Part shown: in pieces, positions 19,971 to 29,177 of the stretch
How positions within the stretch are numbered: position 1 is the first letter of the stretch
Layout of the letters: every line of letters begins with the position of its first letter
Origin: an uncultured Desulfobacter sp.
GTDB taxonomy: Bacteria > Desulfobacterota > Desulfobacteria > Desulfobacterales > Desulfobacteraceae
NCBI GenBank assembly: GCA_963665095.1
Contig: OY762069.1
Span: 1,376,001-1,440,000 of the forward strand
Reading direction: 5' to 3'
DNA: 64,000 nt
Position numbers and translations under genes: made by a program
Notes under the pieces: model-generated
Databases searched by the model: none
What the model was told of the DNA's origin: nothing
What the model saw: only the letters and a program-made list of their open reading frames with translations

Positions 19971-21227
19971 CTAAAGGATGTCAAACAGCTGCCAGAACGA
20001 GGGAAACGATTTTTCCACGCAGGCAGGATTTTCAATTTCAAGACCATCAACCTTCAGGCCTGCCACGGCAAACGCCATGGCTATGCGGTGATCATTAAAG
20101 GTTTCGATGATGGCGCCATGGGGGGTGCCGCCGGTTATTTCCATGTAGTCATCCCCCTGGACGGCATGGATACCCATGCGGGTCAGCTGTGAGCAGACAG
20201 CGTCAATGCGGTCGCATTCCTTAACCCTGAGGTGTCCGATGTTTGTTATCCGGGTCGTTCCTTTGGCAAAGGCTGCTGTTACGGCAATGGCGGGCACAGC
20301 ATCCGGGGTGTCGGCCATGTCCACATCCACCGCATGGAGCGGCCCACCTTTAACTTTCAGCACACGGCCGTCATGGGTAATGGTGCAGCCCATTTTTTCA
20401 AAAATATGGACCTGTTTTAAATCCCCCTGCAAGGAATCGGTTCCAATATTGGCTACCCCGATGTCTGATCCGGTCACCGCGCCTGCTGCCCAGAAATAAC
20501 CGGCATTGGACAGATCGGGTTCCACACGCCTCTCCCCGGGACTGTAGGTCTGGGCCCCGGGAACGTCATAACAGGTCTGTGTTACCTGGCATGCATTGAC
20601 CCCGAACTGTTTCATCACATCCAGGGTCAGATCAATATAGGGCTGGGATACCGCAGGTGTCGGCAGGTCAATTTTGAGGCCCTGATCAAAAAAGGCGCCT
20701 GCCATGAGAAGTGCAGACAGATACTGACTGGACCGGGAGCAGTCAAGCAGGGTGTGTCCCCCTGCCCTGTCTCCCCCATGGATCACCACCGGCGGGGTTC
20801 CCTCTCCATTTACGGAACGGGCACTGATCCGGATACGGATTAAAGCATCCAGAAGTTCTCCCATGGGGCGCTGGCACATTCTGTCGTCCCCAGTCAGGGT
20901 ATAGGGGGTGTTGCCAAGGGCTGCAATGCCTGCTAACAGACGCATGGACGTGCCGGAATTGCCAAGATGAATGGGATCAGGCCAGGGTTGGGGCCGGCCT
21001 GAGAACCCTTTAACAGACAAGGTGCCATCCTGTTTATCTTCAATTTTCGCTCCCATGCACTCAAGGGTTTTACGTGTGAGCGAAATATCCTGGCTGTCCA
21101 GGATATTGTGAATTTGAGAGGTCCCGTCAGCCAGTGCCGCACAAATCAGCATTCTGTGTGAAATACTTTTGGAGCCCGGAATTGTGACGACCTGATCCTT
21201 GATGGACCTGGGGATTACCTGCTTCAT
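19971..21227 (-). CDS. aroA: 3-phosphoshikimate 1-carboxyvinyltransferase (EPSP synthase)
   Basis: PGSKSISHR, GNSGTSMR, SSQY, RVKECDR, DHRIAM, KSFP. Confidence 0.96.
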   Translation of the reverse strand: MKQVIPRSIKDQVVTIPGSKSISHRMLICAALADGTSQIHNILDSQDISLTRKTLECMGAKIEDKQDGTLSVKGFSGRPQPWPDPIHLGNSGTSMRLLAGIAALGNTPYTLTGDDRMCQRPMGELLDALIRIRISARSVNGEGTPPVVIHGGDRAGGHTLLDCSRSSQYLSALLMAGAFFDQGLKIDLPTPAVSQPYIDLTLDVMKQFGVNACQVTQTCYDVPGAQTYSPGERRVEPDLSNAGYFWAAGAVTGSDIGVANIGTDSLQGDLKQVHIFEKMGCTITHDGRVLKVKGGPLHAVDVDMADTPDAVPAIAVTAAFAKGTTRITNIGHLRVKECDRIDAVCSQLTRMGIHAVQGDDYMEITGGTPHGAIIETFNDHRIAMAFAVAGLKVDGLEIENPACVEKSFPSFWQLFDIL

Positions 21228-21253
21228 TATATTGTCTCCTTCTATGATATGCA

Positions 21254-22063
21254 CTATTTTCGAACGGGGGCCTGGGCACACTGGCGCATCAGGTGTATAT
21301 CCGGCTCAGTATCCGTCCAAAGACGAAACTGGGCTGCGGCCTGGGCTATAAACATGGAAAGCCCGTCAATAGTAATGCACCCTTTCTCTTCGGCCACTTC
21401 AAGCAGTTTTGTTTTCAACGGCGTGTACACCACATCCATAACCACAGTGTCTGGTGTCAGGCTCCTGGCCGGAAAGCTTAATTCATTCTCTTTCGGGATC
21501 ATACCGATACTGGTGGTGTTTATTATCACGTCCGCTCTGATGCTTTCCATGTTTGACGCCGGTACAAATCTGCCGTTGACAAGTTCAGCCAGGGCCTCTC
21601 CTTTATCGGCAGTCCGGTTGGTAATAATCACATCCGCCCCCTGTTCAGCAGCCCCATGGGCAACAGCCCGGGCCGCACCGCCGGCACCTGCGATACAAAC
21701 GGTTTTGCCTGAAATCCCATAGGGCAGCAACGGGTCAATGGCAGCCTGGCAGTCGGTATTATACCCTTTAATTACACCACCTTCATTAACCAGGGTGTTT
21801 ACAGCGCCGATGGTCCTGGCCGATGCATCAATCCAGTCTAGATGGTCCATGATTGATTCTTTGAACGGAATTGTTATGGAAGCCCCTTTTATGTCCAGGG
21901 TTCGCACAGCCTGTACGGCCTTTTGCGCATCACCTACCTCAAAGGCCAGATACACGGCATTAATCCCGTTGTCCCTGAAAGCGGCATTATGAATGGCCGG
22001 GCTCTTAGAATGTCTGACCGGACGCCCGAAAACACAGTAAAGCTGGGTGAATGCATCAATCAT
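21254..22063 (-). CDS. aroE: Shikimate dehydrogenase
   Basis: HSKSP, TIPFKE, GAVNT, GYNTD, GAGGAA, NRT. Confidence 0.96.
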   Translation of the reverse strand: MIDAFTQLYCVFGRPVRHSKSPAIHNAAFRDNGINAVYLAFEVGDAQKAVQAVRTLDIKGASITIPFKESIMDHLDWIDASARTIGAVNTLVNEGGVIKGYNTDCQAAIDPLLPYGISGKTVCIAGAGGAARAVAHGAAEQGADVIITNRTADKGEALAELVNGRFVPASNMESIRADVIINTTSIGMIPKENELSFPARSLTPDTVVMDVVYTPLKTKLLEVAEEKGCITIDGLSMFIAQAAAQFRLWTDTEPDIHLMRQCAQAPVRK

Positions 22064-23199
22064 TGGAGGATCTCCTGTTTCTCAAACACCGGATATGAAC
22101 CCAGAACCTTCAAAAAAAGTGCATTTTTACGGATCTCTTCAATGGTCCGGGACACAAGTTCATCATCAATATGCCCTTCAATATCCATGAAAAAGTAATA
22201 GCTCCAGTTCTGGTGGCGGGTGGGCCTGGATTCCAGTTTGACCATGTTCAGGCCGGCCCTGTTCACAGGGGAAAGCGCGCTGAAAAGTGCTCCCGGCGTA
22301 TGGGCTGTGGCAAACATGATGGAAGTTTTGTCATGGCCTGTTCTTTCCGGCCTGGGCCCGCCAATAACAATAAACCGCGTTATATTGCCGGAACGATCCT
22401 GAATCCTGGTTGCCACAGGCAGCAATGTGTAAATATGGGCAGCCTTTTCCGATGCAATTGCCGCAATGCGGTCATCTTTAGACGCAAGCAGCGCGGCTTT
22501 GGAGGTGGAGGCGGTTTCCATTATCGCAGCGTTAGGCAGGTGCTTTTTCAGCCATCCCTTGCACTGGGCAATGGCCTGGGGATGGGAATAGACGGTTTCA
22601 ATATCTTGAAGCTCTCCTGAAATGGAAAGAAGATCATGGGACACCGGTTCATAATGTTCCGCAGTGATGTGAAGATCAAATTCAGTGAACAGATCCAGGG
22701 TATAGTTAACCGCCCCTTCAATGGAATTTTCCACAGGCACCACCCCGACATGCAGATCCTTTCGTTCAACATTGTTGAAAATATCAAAAAAACTGGGCTG
22801 TTCAATAAAATTGCCGCAATGTCTGAAATGATGCAGGGCTGCAATATGGGAGTGGCTGGCCTCGGGTCCCAAAAATCCAATCATTGCCGGCTTCTGGATT
22901 TCCCTTGTGGCGGTAATAATTACATTGAAGATGTACTGGATCAAGTCATTGTTGGCAGGGCCTGGATTCAACCGGGAGAGCCGTTCAATGACCATGCGTT
23001 CCCTGGTCCGGTCCAGGATCTGACTGCCTTTCTGTTGTTTTATGGCACCAACCTTTTTGCCGATGTTGAGACGCTGGTTGATCAATTCCAGAATACGATC
23101 GTCAATACGGTCAATCTCGTCTCGCAGGGGGACCAGTGATCCGGTGTCGCTTTTCGTTTTTCCGGTCACAGGTGTTTTTTCATCAGATTCCTTACTCAT
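22060..23199 (-). CDS. pheA: Chorismate mutase/prephenate dehydratase (P-protein)
   Basis: LRDEIDRID mutase domain, PVENSIEG, SHPQA, TRF, ESRP ACT domain. Confidence 0.96.
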   Translation of the reverse strand: MSKESDEKTPVTGKTKSDTGSLVPLRDEIDRIDDRILELINQRLNIGKKVGAIKQQKGSQILDRTRERMVIERLSRLNPGPANNDLIQYIFNVIITATREIQKPAMIGFLGPEASHSHIAALHHFRHCGNFIEQPSFFDIFNNVERKDLHVGVVPVENSIEGAVNYTLDLFTEFDLHITAEHYEPVSHDLLSISGELQDIETVYSHPQAIAQCKGWLKKHLPNAAIMETASTSKAALLASKDDRIAAIASEKAAHIYTLLPVATRIQDRSGNITRFIVIGGPRPERTGHDKTSIMFATAHTPGALFSALSPVNRAGLNMVKLESRPTRHQNWSYYFFMDIEGHIDDELVSRTIEEIRKNALFLKVLGSYPVFEKQEILQ

Positions 23200-23226
23200 T
23201 TTTTAATCCTTATTTTTCCATAAACT

Positions 23227-23260
23227 AAAAAACCGCATCAGGCTCTGCCTGCTGCGGTTT
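23227..23260 (-). terminator. pheA-operon attenuator terminator
   Basis: Minus strand AAACCGCA-G-CAGGC-AGA-GCCTG-A-TGCGG followed by TTTTTT, about 27 nt before pheA. Confidence 0.85.
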
Positions 23261-23291
23261 GTTTAACTTTCTTTCAAAGGGTATAAAAAGA

Positions 23292-23369
23292 TTAGTTCTC
23301 CACAGGCAGGCGGCTCCCGTTATAAAATCGAATAAAAAAATAAAAATATGTTTTAAAGCAGAAGTTCAT
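23292..23369 (-). CDS. pheL: Phe/Tyr-rich leader peptide (25 aa, MNFCFKTYFYFFIRFYNGSRLPVEN)
   Basis: 6 Phe + 3 Tyr codons within codons 3-16, lying between a promoter and a terminator upstream of pheA. Confidence 0.85.
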   Translation of the reverse strand: MNFCFKTYFYFFIRFYNGSRLPVEN

Positions 23370-23403
23370 CGGTTTTCCATGCGCTGTGTTTAATTTTTTT
23401 AAG

Positions 23404-23432
23404 AGCTTATACATATGCCCTGATTCTGTCAA
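23404..23432 (-). promoter_or_regulatory. Sigma70 promoter of the pheL-pheA-aro operon
   Basis: TTGACA-N17-TAAGCT on the minus strand; -35 overlaps the upstream gene's stop codon. Confidence 0.7.
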
Positions 23433-24676
23433 GAGTCTTCGGCCGGTTTCATTATAAAGGACTGAATCCGGTTTCCGTCCATATCTTTGACAGTCATCAC
23501 CCAGTTGTTCATGCGGATAGATTCCCCGGGGTTAGGGATACGTTCCACAAGTTCCAAAAAGAAACCTGATACGGTATCATAATTGGCAGACTCTGGAATG
23601 CCAATATCAAGTTCCTTGTTCAGATGGTAAATATCCACCTTGCCGGAAACAAGCCATTTGTTTCCTTTGAGCTGGACAAATTCCGGAGTATTTATGTCTG
23701 ACTCGTCTGCGATCTCCCCGAAAATCTCTTCAACCACATCCTCCAGGGTCACGATACCGGATACGCCGCCATACTCATCCACCACCACAGCCATGTGACT
23801 TTTTTTGGCTTTAAAGGCCTGCAACAGTGTATCCAGTTTCTTTGACTCCGGTATGAAATAGGGCTTTTTCATAATGGCTTTAATATCAAGGGTGTCTGGG
23901 TTGTCACCTGAACCAACCTGCTCCTGATACTTTGCAAACAGGTCCTTGACATGCAGTATCCCCACCACATTATCAATGGTATCTTCAATAACGGGAATCC
24001 TGGAAAATCCCGTTTTTAACAATGTCTGGATGTCTAACTCTTCGGCGGCATCTACCACAAACATATCTGCCCTGGGAGTCATGATCTCGCAGCAGGAAGT
24101 ATCGTCAAATTCAAAAATATTGGTAATGTACTCTTTTTCCTCTTCCTTAATTTCTCCTTCCCCTTCCACAACTTCCACCATGGTCATGAGTTCGTCCTCT
24201 GTGACGGTTTCCTGGGAATTATCAATGGTACCGTGAAGTTTAGGAATGAAATTCAGGATAAAGATCAAAGGCCACAAAATTTTGGACAGCCAGTATAGGG
24301 GATAGATCACCGCCCTGGAAACCAGGACATTATTATGGTTGGCAAATGATTTGGGGAAAATTTCACCAAATATAAGCACCAGAAGTGTCATTCCCCCGGT
24401 GGCAATACCCACAGCATTGGATTCAAGGTGGGTGATGGCAAGGGCGGTAGCCAACGCCGAGGCCCCGATATTCACAAGATTATTACCGATGAGAATCGTG
24501 GTCAAAAGGGTGTGGGAGTCCTCTTTCATCTCCATGATTAAAAGGCCGGTTTTAGAACCGTCCTTTGAAATATGAAGGGCTTTAACTTTTGAAATTGAAA
24601 AAAGTGCCGTTTCTGACATAGAAAAAAAACCTGACAGAAAAAGACAGACAATTAACAGCGTCAGTTCGATGCTCAT
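23429..24676 (-). CDS. Hemolysin-family CNNM/CBS/CorC transporter-associated protein
   Basis: FFSMSETA, GEIFPK, MTPR, FSRIPV, VVDEYGG, EDVVEEIFGEI. Confidence 0.92.
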   Translation of the reverse strand: MSIELTLLIVCLFLSGFFSMSETALFSISKVKALHISKDGSKTGLLIMEMKEDSHTLLTTILIGNNLVNIGASALATALAITHLESNAVGIATGGMTLLVLIFGEIFPKSFANHNNVLVSRAVIYPLYWLSKILWPLIFILNFIPKLHGTIDNSQETVTEDELMTMVEVVEGEGEIKEEEKEYITNIFEFDDTSCCEIMTPRADMFVVDAAEELDIQTLLKTGFSRIPVIEDTIDNVVGILHVKDLFAKYQEQVGSGDNPDTLDIKAIMKKPYFIPESKKLDTLLQAFKAKKSHMAVVVDEYGGVSGIVTLEDVVEEIFGEIADESDINTPEFVQLKGNKWLVSGKVDIYHLNKELDIGIPESANYDTVSGFFLELVERIPNPGESIRMNNWVMTVKDMDGNRIQSFIMKPAEDS

Positions 24677-24781
24677 GGGACAGCAATATTTCCTAATAAT
24701 TTAATATTTTATAAAAATAACTCTAATTGTTTTTACACTTATTTGTCAAACATCTATTGGGAATTTAAGCAGATTATAAAT

Positions 24782-25936
24782 CTATTCCTGCTGATTTTTA
24801 TAAATCATGTTCAAAATAATGGCAGCCGTACGTTTCGGTGCACCCGGTCTGCCCAAGCGCTGCCGCACCTGGTACAGTCCCTTACGAAATCCATCAAGAT
24901 TTTCAAGTATTGATAACGCATTTTTGCAGATATCAGCGGCGTTGGCATCATCCTGGATAAGTTCCGGCATCACCTGCCGGCCGGCAATCAGATTGGCAAG
25001 CCCTATGAATGGGGCTTTTACCAGCAAGCGGGCCAGACGAAATGTCACTGCAGACATTTTGTATATGACAATTGTGGGTACCAGGCAAAGGGCTGCCTCA
25101 AGGGTGACGGTACCGGAGGCGGCAATGAGCATATCCGCACAATCAAAGATCTGTGTGGGACGGCCGTATACAATCCGGCAGGACATGCCAGAATCCGCTT
25201 TGGAAACAATCTCTTCAATGCGGTTTTTATGGCGTTCAATTCCGGCTGATACCAGAAACCGGGCATCAGGATTTTTGTTTGCAATTTGCGCTGCTGCATC
25301 CAGCATAACCGGAAGCAGCTTGTCAATTTCTGCAGACCTGGACCCTGGTAAAAGTCCGATAAGCGGGCCCTTATTCACGTTTCTGCCTACAGGGTTTCCT
25401 GTTTCAGGCAGACAATGTGGATATTCATCCATTAAGGGATTTCCCACATAAGTCGCGGGAATTTTTCTTGCCCTGTAGAGGGGAATTTCAAAGGGGAAAA
25501 TAAGGGCTACATGGTCAGTATATTCACCGATTGACGACAGGCGCCTTGTGTTCCAGGCCCACACTTTAGGCGCAATATAGTAACAGATGGGAATCGTGTA
25601 ATGCTGTTTAATGTAAGCGGCCATTTTAAGATTAAACCCGGGATAATCAATGAGCACCACTGCATCCGGAGGGTCTGTTTTCAATTGATGCCGGACCAGG
25701 TAAAAGGCCTGCTTTATGGATCCAATCTGTTTGACCACCTGTATAAGGCCCATGGCCGACAACCTGTCAATGGGAAAGAAAAGCTGGGCCCCCTGTGCAG
25801 CCATGGCCGGCCCGCCGATCCCTGTGATACGTATGTCAGACACCATCTGCTTCAGTGCCCGCACAAGCGAAGCACCGTGAAAGTCACCTGACGGCTCTCC
25901 AGTCAGGATCATAATATGCAAAGGCTTTCTGTTCAC
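24782..25936 (-). CDS. lpxB: Lipid-A-disaccharide synthase
   Basis: GEPSGD, IDYPGFN, VWAW, LLPGSR, SGTVTLE. Confidence 0.96.
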   Translation of the reverse strand: MNRKPLHIMILTGEPSGDFHGASLVRALKQMVSDIRITGIGGPAMAAQGAQLFFPIDRLSAMGLIQVVKQIGSIKQAFYLVRHQLKTDPPDAVVLIDYPGFNLKMAAYIKQHYTIPICYYIAPKVWAWNTRRLSSIGEYTDHVALIFPFEIPLYRARKIPATYVGNPLMDEYPHCLPETGNPVGRNVNKGPLIGLLPGSRSAEIDKLLPVMLDAAAQIANKNPDARFLVSAGIERHKNRIEEIVSKADSGMSCRIVYGRPTQIFDCADMLIAASGTVTLEAALCLVPTIVIYKMSAVTFRLARLLVKAPFIGLANLIAGRQVMPELIQDDANAADICKNALSILENLDGFRKGLYQVRQRLGRPGAPKRTAAIILNMIYKNQQE

Positions 25937-26793
25937 TTGAAACGCTCCTCGGTCATGGCCATGATGCAGATTTTATAGCGGTCAGCCAGGGCAATCATCT
26001 CTTCCCGATCAAAGGAGAGCGACCGGCCAGCCTCCAGCACCAGAACCGTGGCACCTGACTGGTGCATGGTCTCAATGGTGGTACACCCGGAGGAGGGCAA
26101 ATCAAACCGTAAGTCCTGATGGGGTTTTGACAGTTTCACTACCACGGCACCATTGCCTTTGCTTAAACGCCCTCCCCTTTCAATGGTTGCATCGGTGCCG
26201 TCAATGGCCTCCACTGCCAGCACTGTTCCGTTGGAAACCACCAGGCACTGCCCGATATCTAGCTTTCCTACAGCCTTGGTCAGTTCCCAGCCCAGGTGAA
26301 TATCCTTTTTCTCTGCCTTGTCAGGTTTGCGTTTTGTCCAGCACCCCTCAGGACTTATCAATTCCGGCATCAGAAAGGTGGAAGGCACGAGGGTGATACC
26401 TTCTTTGGCCAGCAGGTCAGCAAAAGAGGAGAGCACATTATCGTCATGGGTACCGGCTGTTTTGGCAATGAATGCCAGCGCTTTAAAATCAGGGCGTATA
26501 TCTTTAAATATATTGGCCTTGCTTATGGAGCCCATCATGACAGCTTGTGAAATACCATGGGACTTAAAAAAACGAATCAGCTTGTTAACCTGGCCTAAAT
26601 ATAGCCATTCAAACTGGTCGCAAAGATCAGCGAGGACTGGATCTGTTTCAGAGTGAAACCCTGCAGCAATGAGATGATACCCGCTGACACGGGCTTTTTG
26701 GGCAAAAAGGAGCGGGAACTGACCGCCGCCGGCGATCAGGCCGATATTATGGTTTTTATTGAAACGGGGACTGTTGCCCTCCGGGTCATTCAT
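25933..26793 (-). CDS. lpxI: UDP-2,3-diacylglucosamine diphosphatase LpxI (DUF1009)
   Basis: GLIAGGGQFP, DIGQ, AVEAIDGTD, QDLRFDLP; lies between lpxA and lpxB. Confidence 0.9.
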   Translation of the reverse strand: MNDPEGNSPRFNKNHNIGLIAGGGQFPLLFAQKARVSGYHLIAAGFHSETDPVLADLCDQFEWLYLGQVNKLIRFFKSHGISQAVMMGSISKANIFKDIRPDFKALAFIAKTAGTHDDNVLSSFADLLAKEGITLVPSTFLMPELISPEGCWTKRKPDKAEKKDIHLGWELTKAVGKLDIGQCLVVSNGTVLAVEAIDGTDATIERGGRLSKGNGAVVVKLSKPHQDLRFDLPSSGCTTIETMHQSGATVLVLEAGRSLSFDREEMIALADRYKICIMAMTEERFK

Positions 26794-26798
26794 GACAT

Positions 26799-27569
26799 TT
26801 ATCGCGTTACGCCTCGGTTGGAGTTCTTAATGAATTCTGAAAATAGGAGAACCTCAGGCGTTTGTTCAACTTGGGCCTTGGTTCGCTCCACTGCCTGGGG
26901 AACTGTCAGACCGATCCTGAAAAAGATGCGGTATGCTTTTTTCAACTGCCTTATGACAGCATTATCAAAATTGTGGCGCTTAAGGCCCACGTTGTTCAGG
27001 CCATGCAGCGTAGCCCTGTCCCCGGCTGCAATCACATAGGGAGGGATATCTTTGACCACGGCAGATTTGCCGCCGATATAGGCATAATCACCGATTCTGA
27101 CAAACTGGTGGATGGCCACAAGACCGCCTACCGTGGCGTGGTTTCCGATTTCAATATGGCCGCCCAGGGTCGAATTATTGGCAAGAATGACCCCGTTGCC
27201 GGTTTTACAGTCATGGGCAATGTGGGTATAAGCCATGAGATAATTTTCTTCGCCAACTTCTGTGATCCCCCCGCCGAATCCTGTACCTCTGTTAATGGTG
27301 ACAAACTCACGAATAATGGTACCCCTGCCAATGGTCAGATAGGTGGTTTCTCCGTGGAATTTTAAGTCCTGCGGGGCCCCTCCTATGGAGGCATATTGAA
27401 AAATCTGACAGTCAGGGCCAATGGTGACATGATCTTCAATGGTGCAGTAAGGGCCGATGGTTGTACCGGATCCTATGGTGACATCTCCTTTGACAATGGA
27501 GTAGGCGCCAATGGTGACGTTATCATCAATCCTGGCTGAGGAATCAATAATTGCGCTTGGATGAATCAT
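26799..27569 (-). CDS. lpxA: UDP-N-acetylglucosamine O-acyltransferase
   Basis: MIHPSAII, hexapeptide repeats, PQDLKF, HIAHDC, HQF. Confidence 0.96.
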   Translation of the reverse strand: MIHPSAIIDSSARIDDNVTIGAYSIVKGDVTIGSGTTIGPYCTIEDHVTIGPDCQIFQYASIGGAPQDLKFHGETTYLTIGRGTIIREFVTINRGTGFGGGITEVGEENYLMAYTHIAHDCKTGNGVILANNSTLGGHIEIGNHATVGGLVAIHQFVRIGDYAYIGGKSAVVKDIPPYVIAAGDRATLHGLNNVGLKRHNFDNAVIRQLKKAYRIFFRIGLTVPQAVERTKAQVEQTPEVLLFSEFIKNSNRGVTR

Positions 27570-28609
27570 GGTTGCTCCGTGTGGATGCCTTCAAGTTTTT
27601 TAAGCCGTCTTTCCATGGAAAGCAGTTTGGTTCTCAATCCCGGCAGTCGGGATATAATTTGGGATACCTTAAGCCACGTTTTGTGCGGCATATGGGGAAG
27701 CCCGGAAACTATCTGTCCTGCCGGCACATTACCGGCAACGCCGGCAGCAGGACCGATAATGACGCCGTCGGCAATTTTAAGGTGCCCGGAAACGCCTGCT
27801 TTGCCAGCGATAATGACGTTTTTCCCGATATGGGTGCTGCCGGCAATGCCTACCTGGGCCACCAACAGGGTATTATCACCAATTTTAACATTATGGGCAA
27901 TATGCACCTGATTGTCTGTTTTTACGCCGTTGCCGATGCGTGTGATGCCAAGGGTGCCCCGGTCAATGGTGTTGCATGCACCGATTTCACAATTATCGCC
28001 AATAGACACAAATCCCGTATGTATTAATTTGGTATGACTGGCCCCGTCCTGAACAAACCCGAACCCGTCAGAACCGATTACCGAATTTGGATGGATCAGG
28101 ACATGATTTCCCAGCTGGGTCTTATCCGCCAGGGTCACATTGGGGCTGATCCGGCAGTGATCTCCTGTTTTACAGCATTTTCCCAGGACTGCATTGGCCA
28201 TAATGTGAACATGACTGCCGATAACAGAGCCCTTTCCAATGCTGACGTTGGCTTCTATGCGCGTACCAGATCCAATAGTGCAGTCATCTCCAATGACAGC
28301 AAAGGGATGGATAAATTCTTCAAGGGGCTCTTCCGGAAACAGATACTCAACCACTTTGAAAAAAGATAATTTGGGATTATCACTGAACAAAATAGTCCTA
28401 TCATCGGCAAATGACAGGTTCTCATCCTCCGGCACCAGAACAATGCCAGCCCGGGTCTGGTCCAGCCGGGATAAAAACGTATGATCCACAGCAAATGTCA
28501 AATCACCGGGGTCTGCATCATCAAAGGACGATACCCCGGAAACAGCTGCATCCGGATTACCCTGCACCCGGGCGTTCACCATCCTGGCTATTTGTTGGGC
28601 AGTAAGCAT
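27566..28609 (-). CDS. lpxD: UDP-3-O-(3-hydroxyacyl)glucosamine N-acyltransferase
   Basis: GSDGFGF, IDRG, DNQVHIAHN, hexapeptide repeats. Confidence 0.95.
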   Translation of the reverse strand: MLTAQQIARMVNARVQGNPDAAVSGVSSFDDADPGDLTFAVDHTFLSRLDQTRAGIVLVPEDENLSFADDRTILFSDNPKLSFFKVVEYLFPEEPLEEFIHPFAVIGDDCTIGSGTRIEANVSIGKGSVIGSHVHIMANAVLGKCCKTGDHCRISPNVTLADKTQLGNHVLIHPNSVIGSDGFGFVQDGASHTKLIHTGFVSIGDNCEIGACNTIDRGTLGITRIGNGVKTDNQVHIAHNVKIGDNTLLVAQVGIAGSTHIGKNVIIAGKAGVSGHLKIADGVIIGPAAGVAGNVPAGQIVSGLPHMPHKTWLKVSQIISRLPGLRTKLLSMERRLKKLEGIHTEQP

Positions 28610-28612
28610 ATA

Positions 28613-29146
28613 TTATTGATTCTTGGCAAACTCTGCATTGTATTCATTAATGATCAGCTCAGTAATATCAACCGTATCCTGTGCATAGATGACCCCGGCA
28701 GTTTTCTTCTCAACAATCAGAGTGAAGCCGTTGGCCTTTCCAAAGGCGTTGGTAATCTCAAAAACTTTTTTCTCCATCTCTTTGAACCGTTTATTCTGCA
28801 TAATCTGCATCTCTTCAGTGAAATCTGAATTCATCTTCTTCAAATCAGAAACCCTGTCCCGCAACTCACGCTGGCGGTCGCGTTTCTTCTCTGCACTGAG
28901 CACCAGAGATTCACGCTCAAGGGCCGCATTCATCTCCTCCACTTTTTGCTTTTCAGCCTCAAGCTTTCCCTGGAGTTCTTCAAATTTGGCTTTCAGTTCT
29001 TTCTGGGTCATTTTACCGGCACTGGACTCTTTGATGATCGTCTCAAAATTAACCACACCAATTTTAACTGCATCTGCAGCAAACGCACTGCCGGTGATAA
29101 GGATTGCACTGATCAGAACCGCAACTGCAGTAATTGTTTTTTTCAT
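28613..29146 (-). CDS. skp: OmpH/Skp periplasmic chaperone
   Basis: Signal peptide, KIGVVN, long coiled coil, DIT; between bamA and lpxD. Confidence 0.9.
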   Translation of the reverse strand: MKKTITAVAVLISAILITGSAFAADAVKIGVVNFETIIKESSAGKMTQKELKAKFEELQGKLEAEKQKVEEMNAALERESLVLSAEKKRDRQRELRDRVSDLKKMNSDFTEEMQIMQNKRFKEMEKKVFEITNAFGKANGFTLIVEKKTAGVIYAQDTVDITELIINEYNAEFAKNQ

Positions 29147-29177
29147 GTATGCCTCCAAATTTTAATGGTTATACTAT

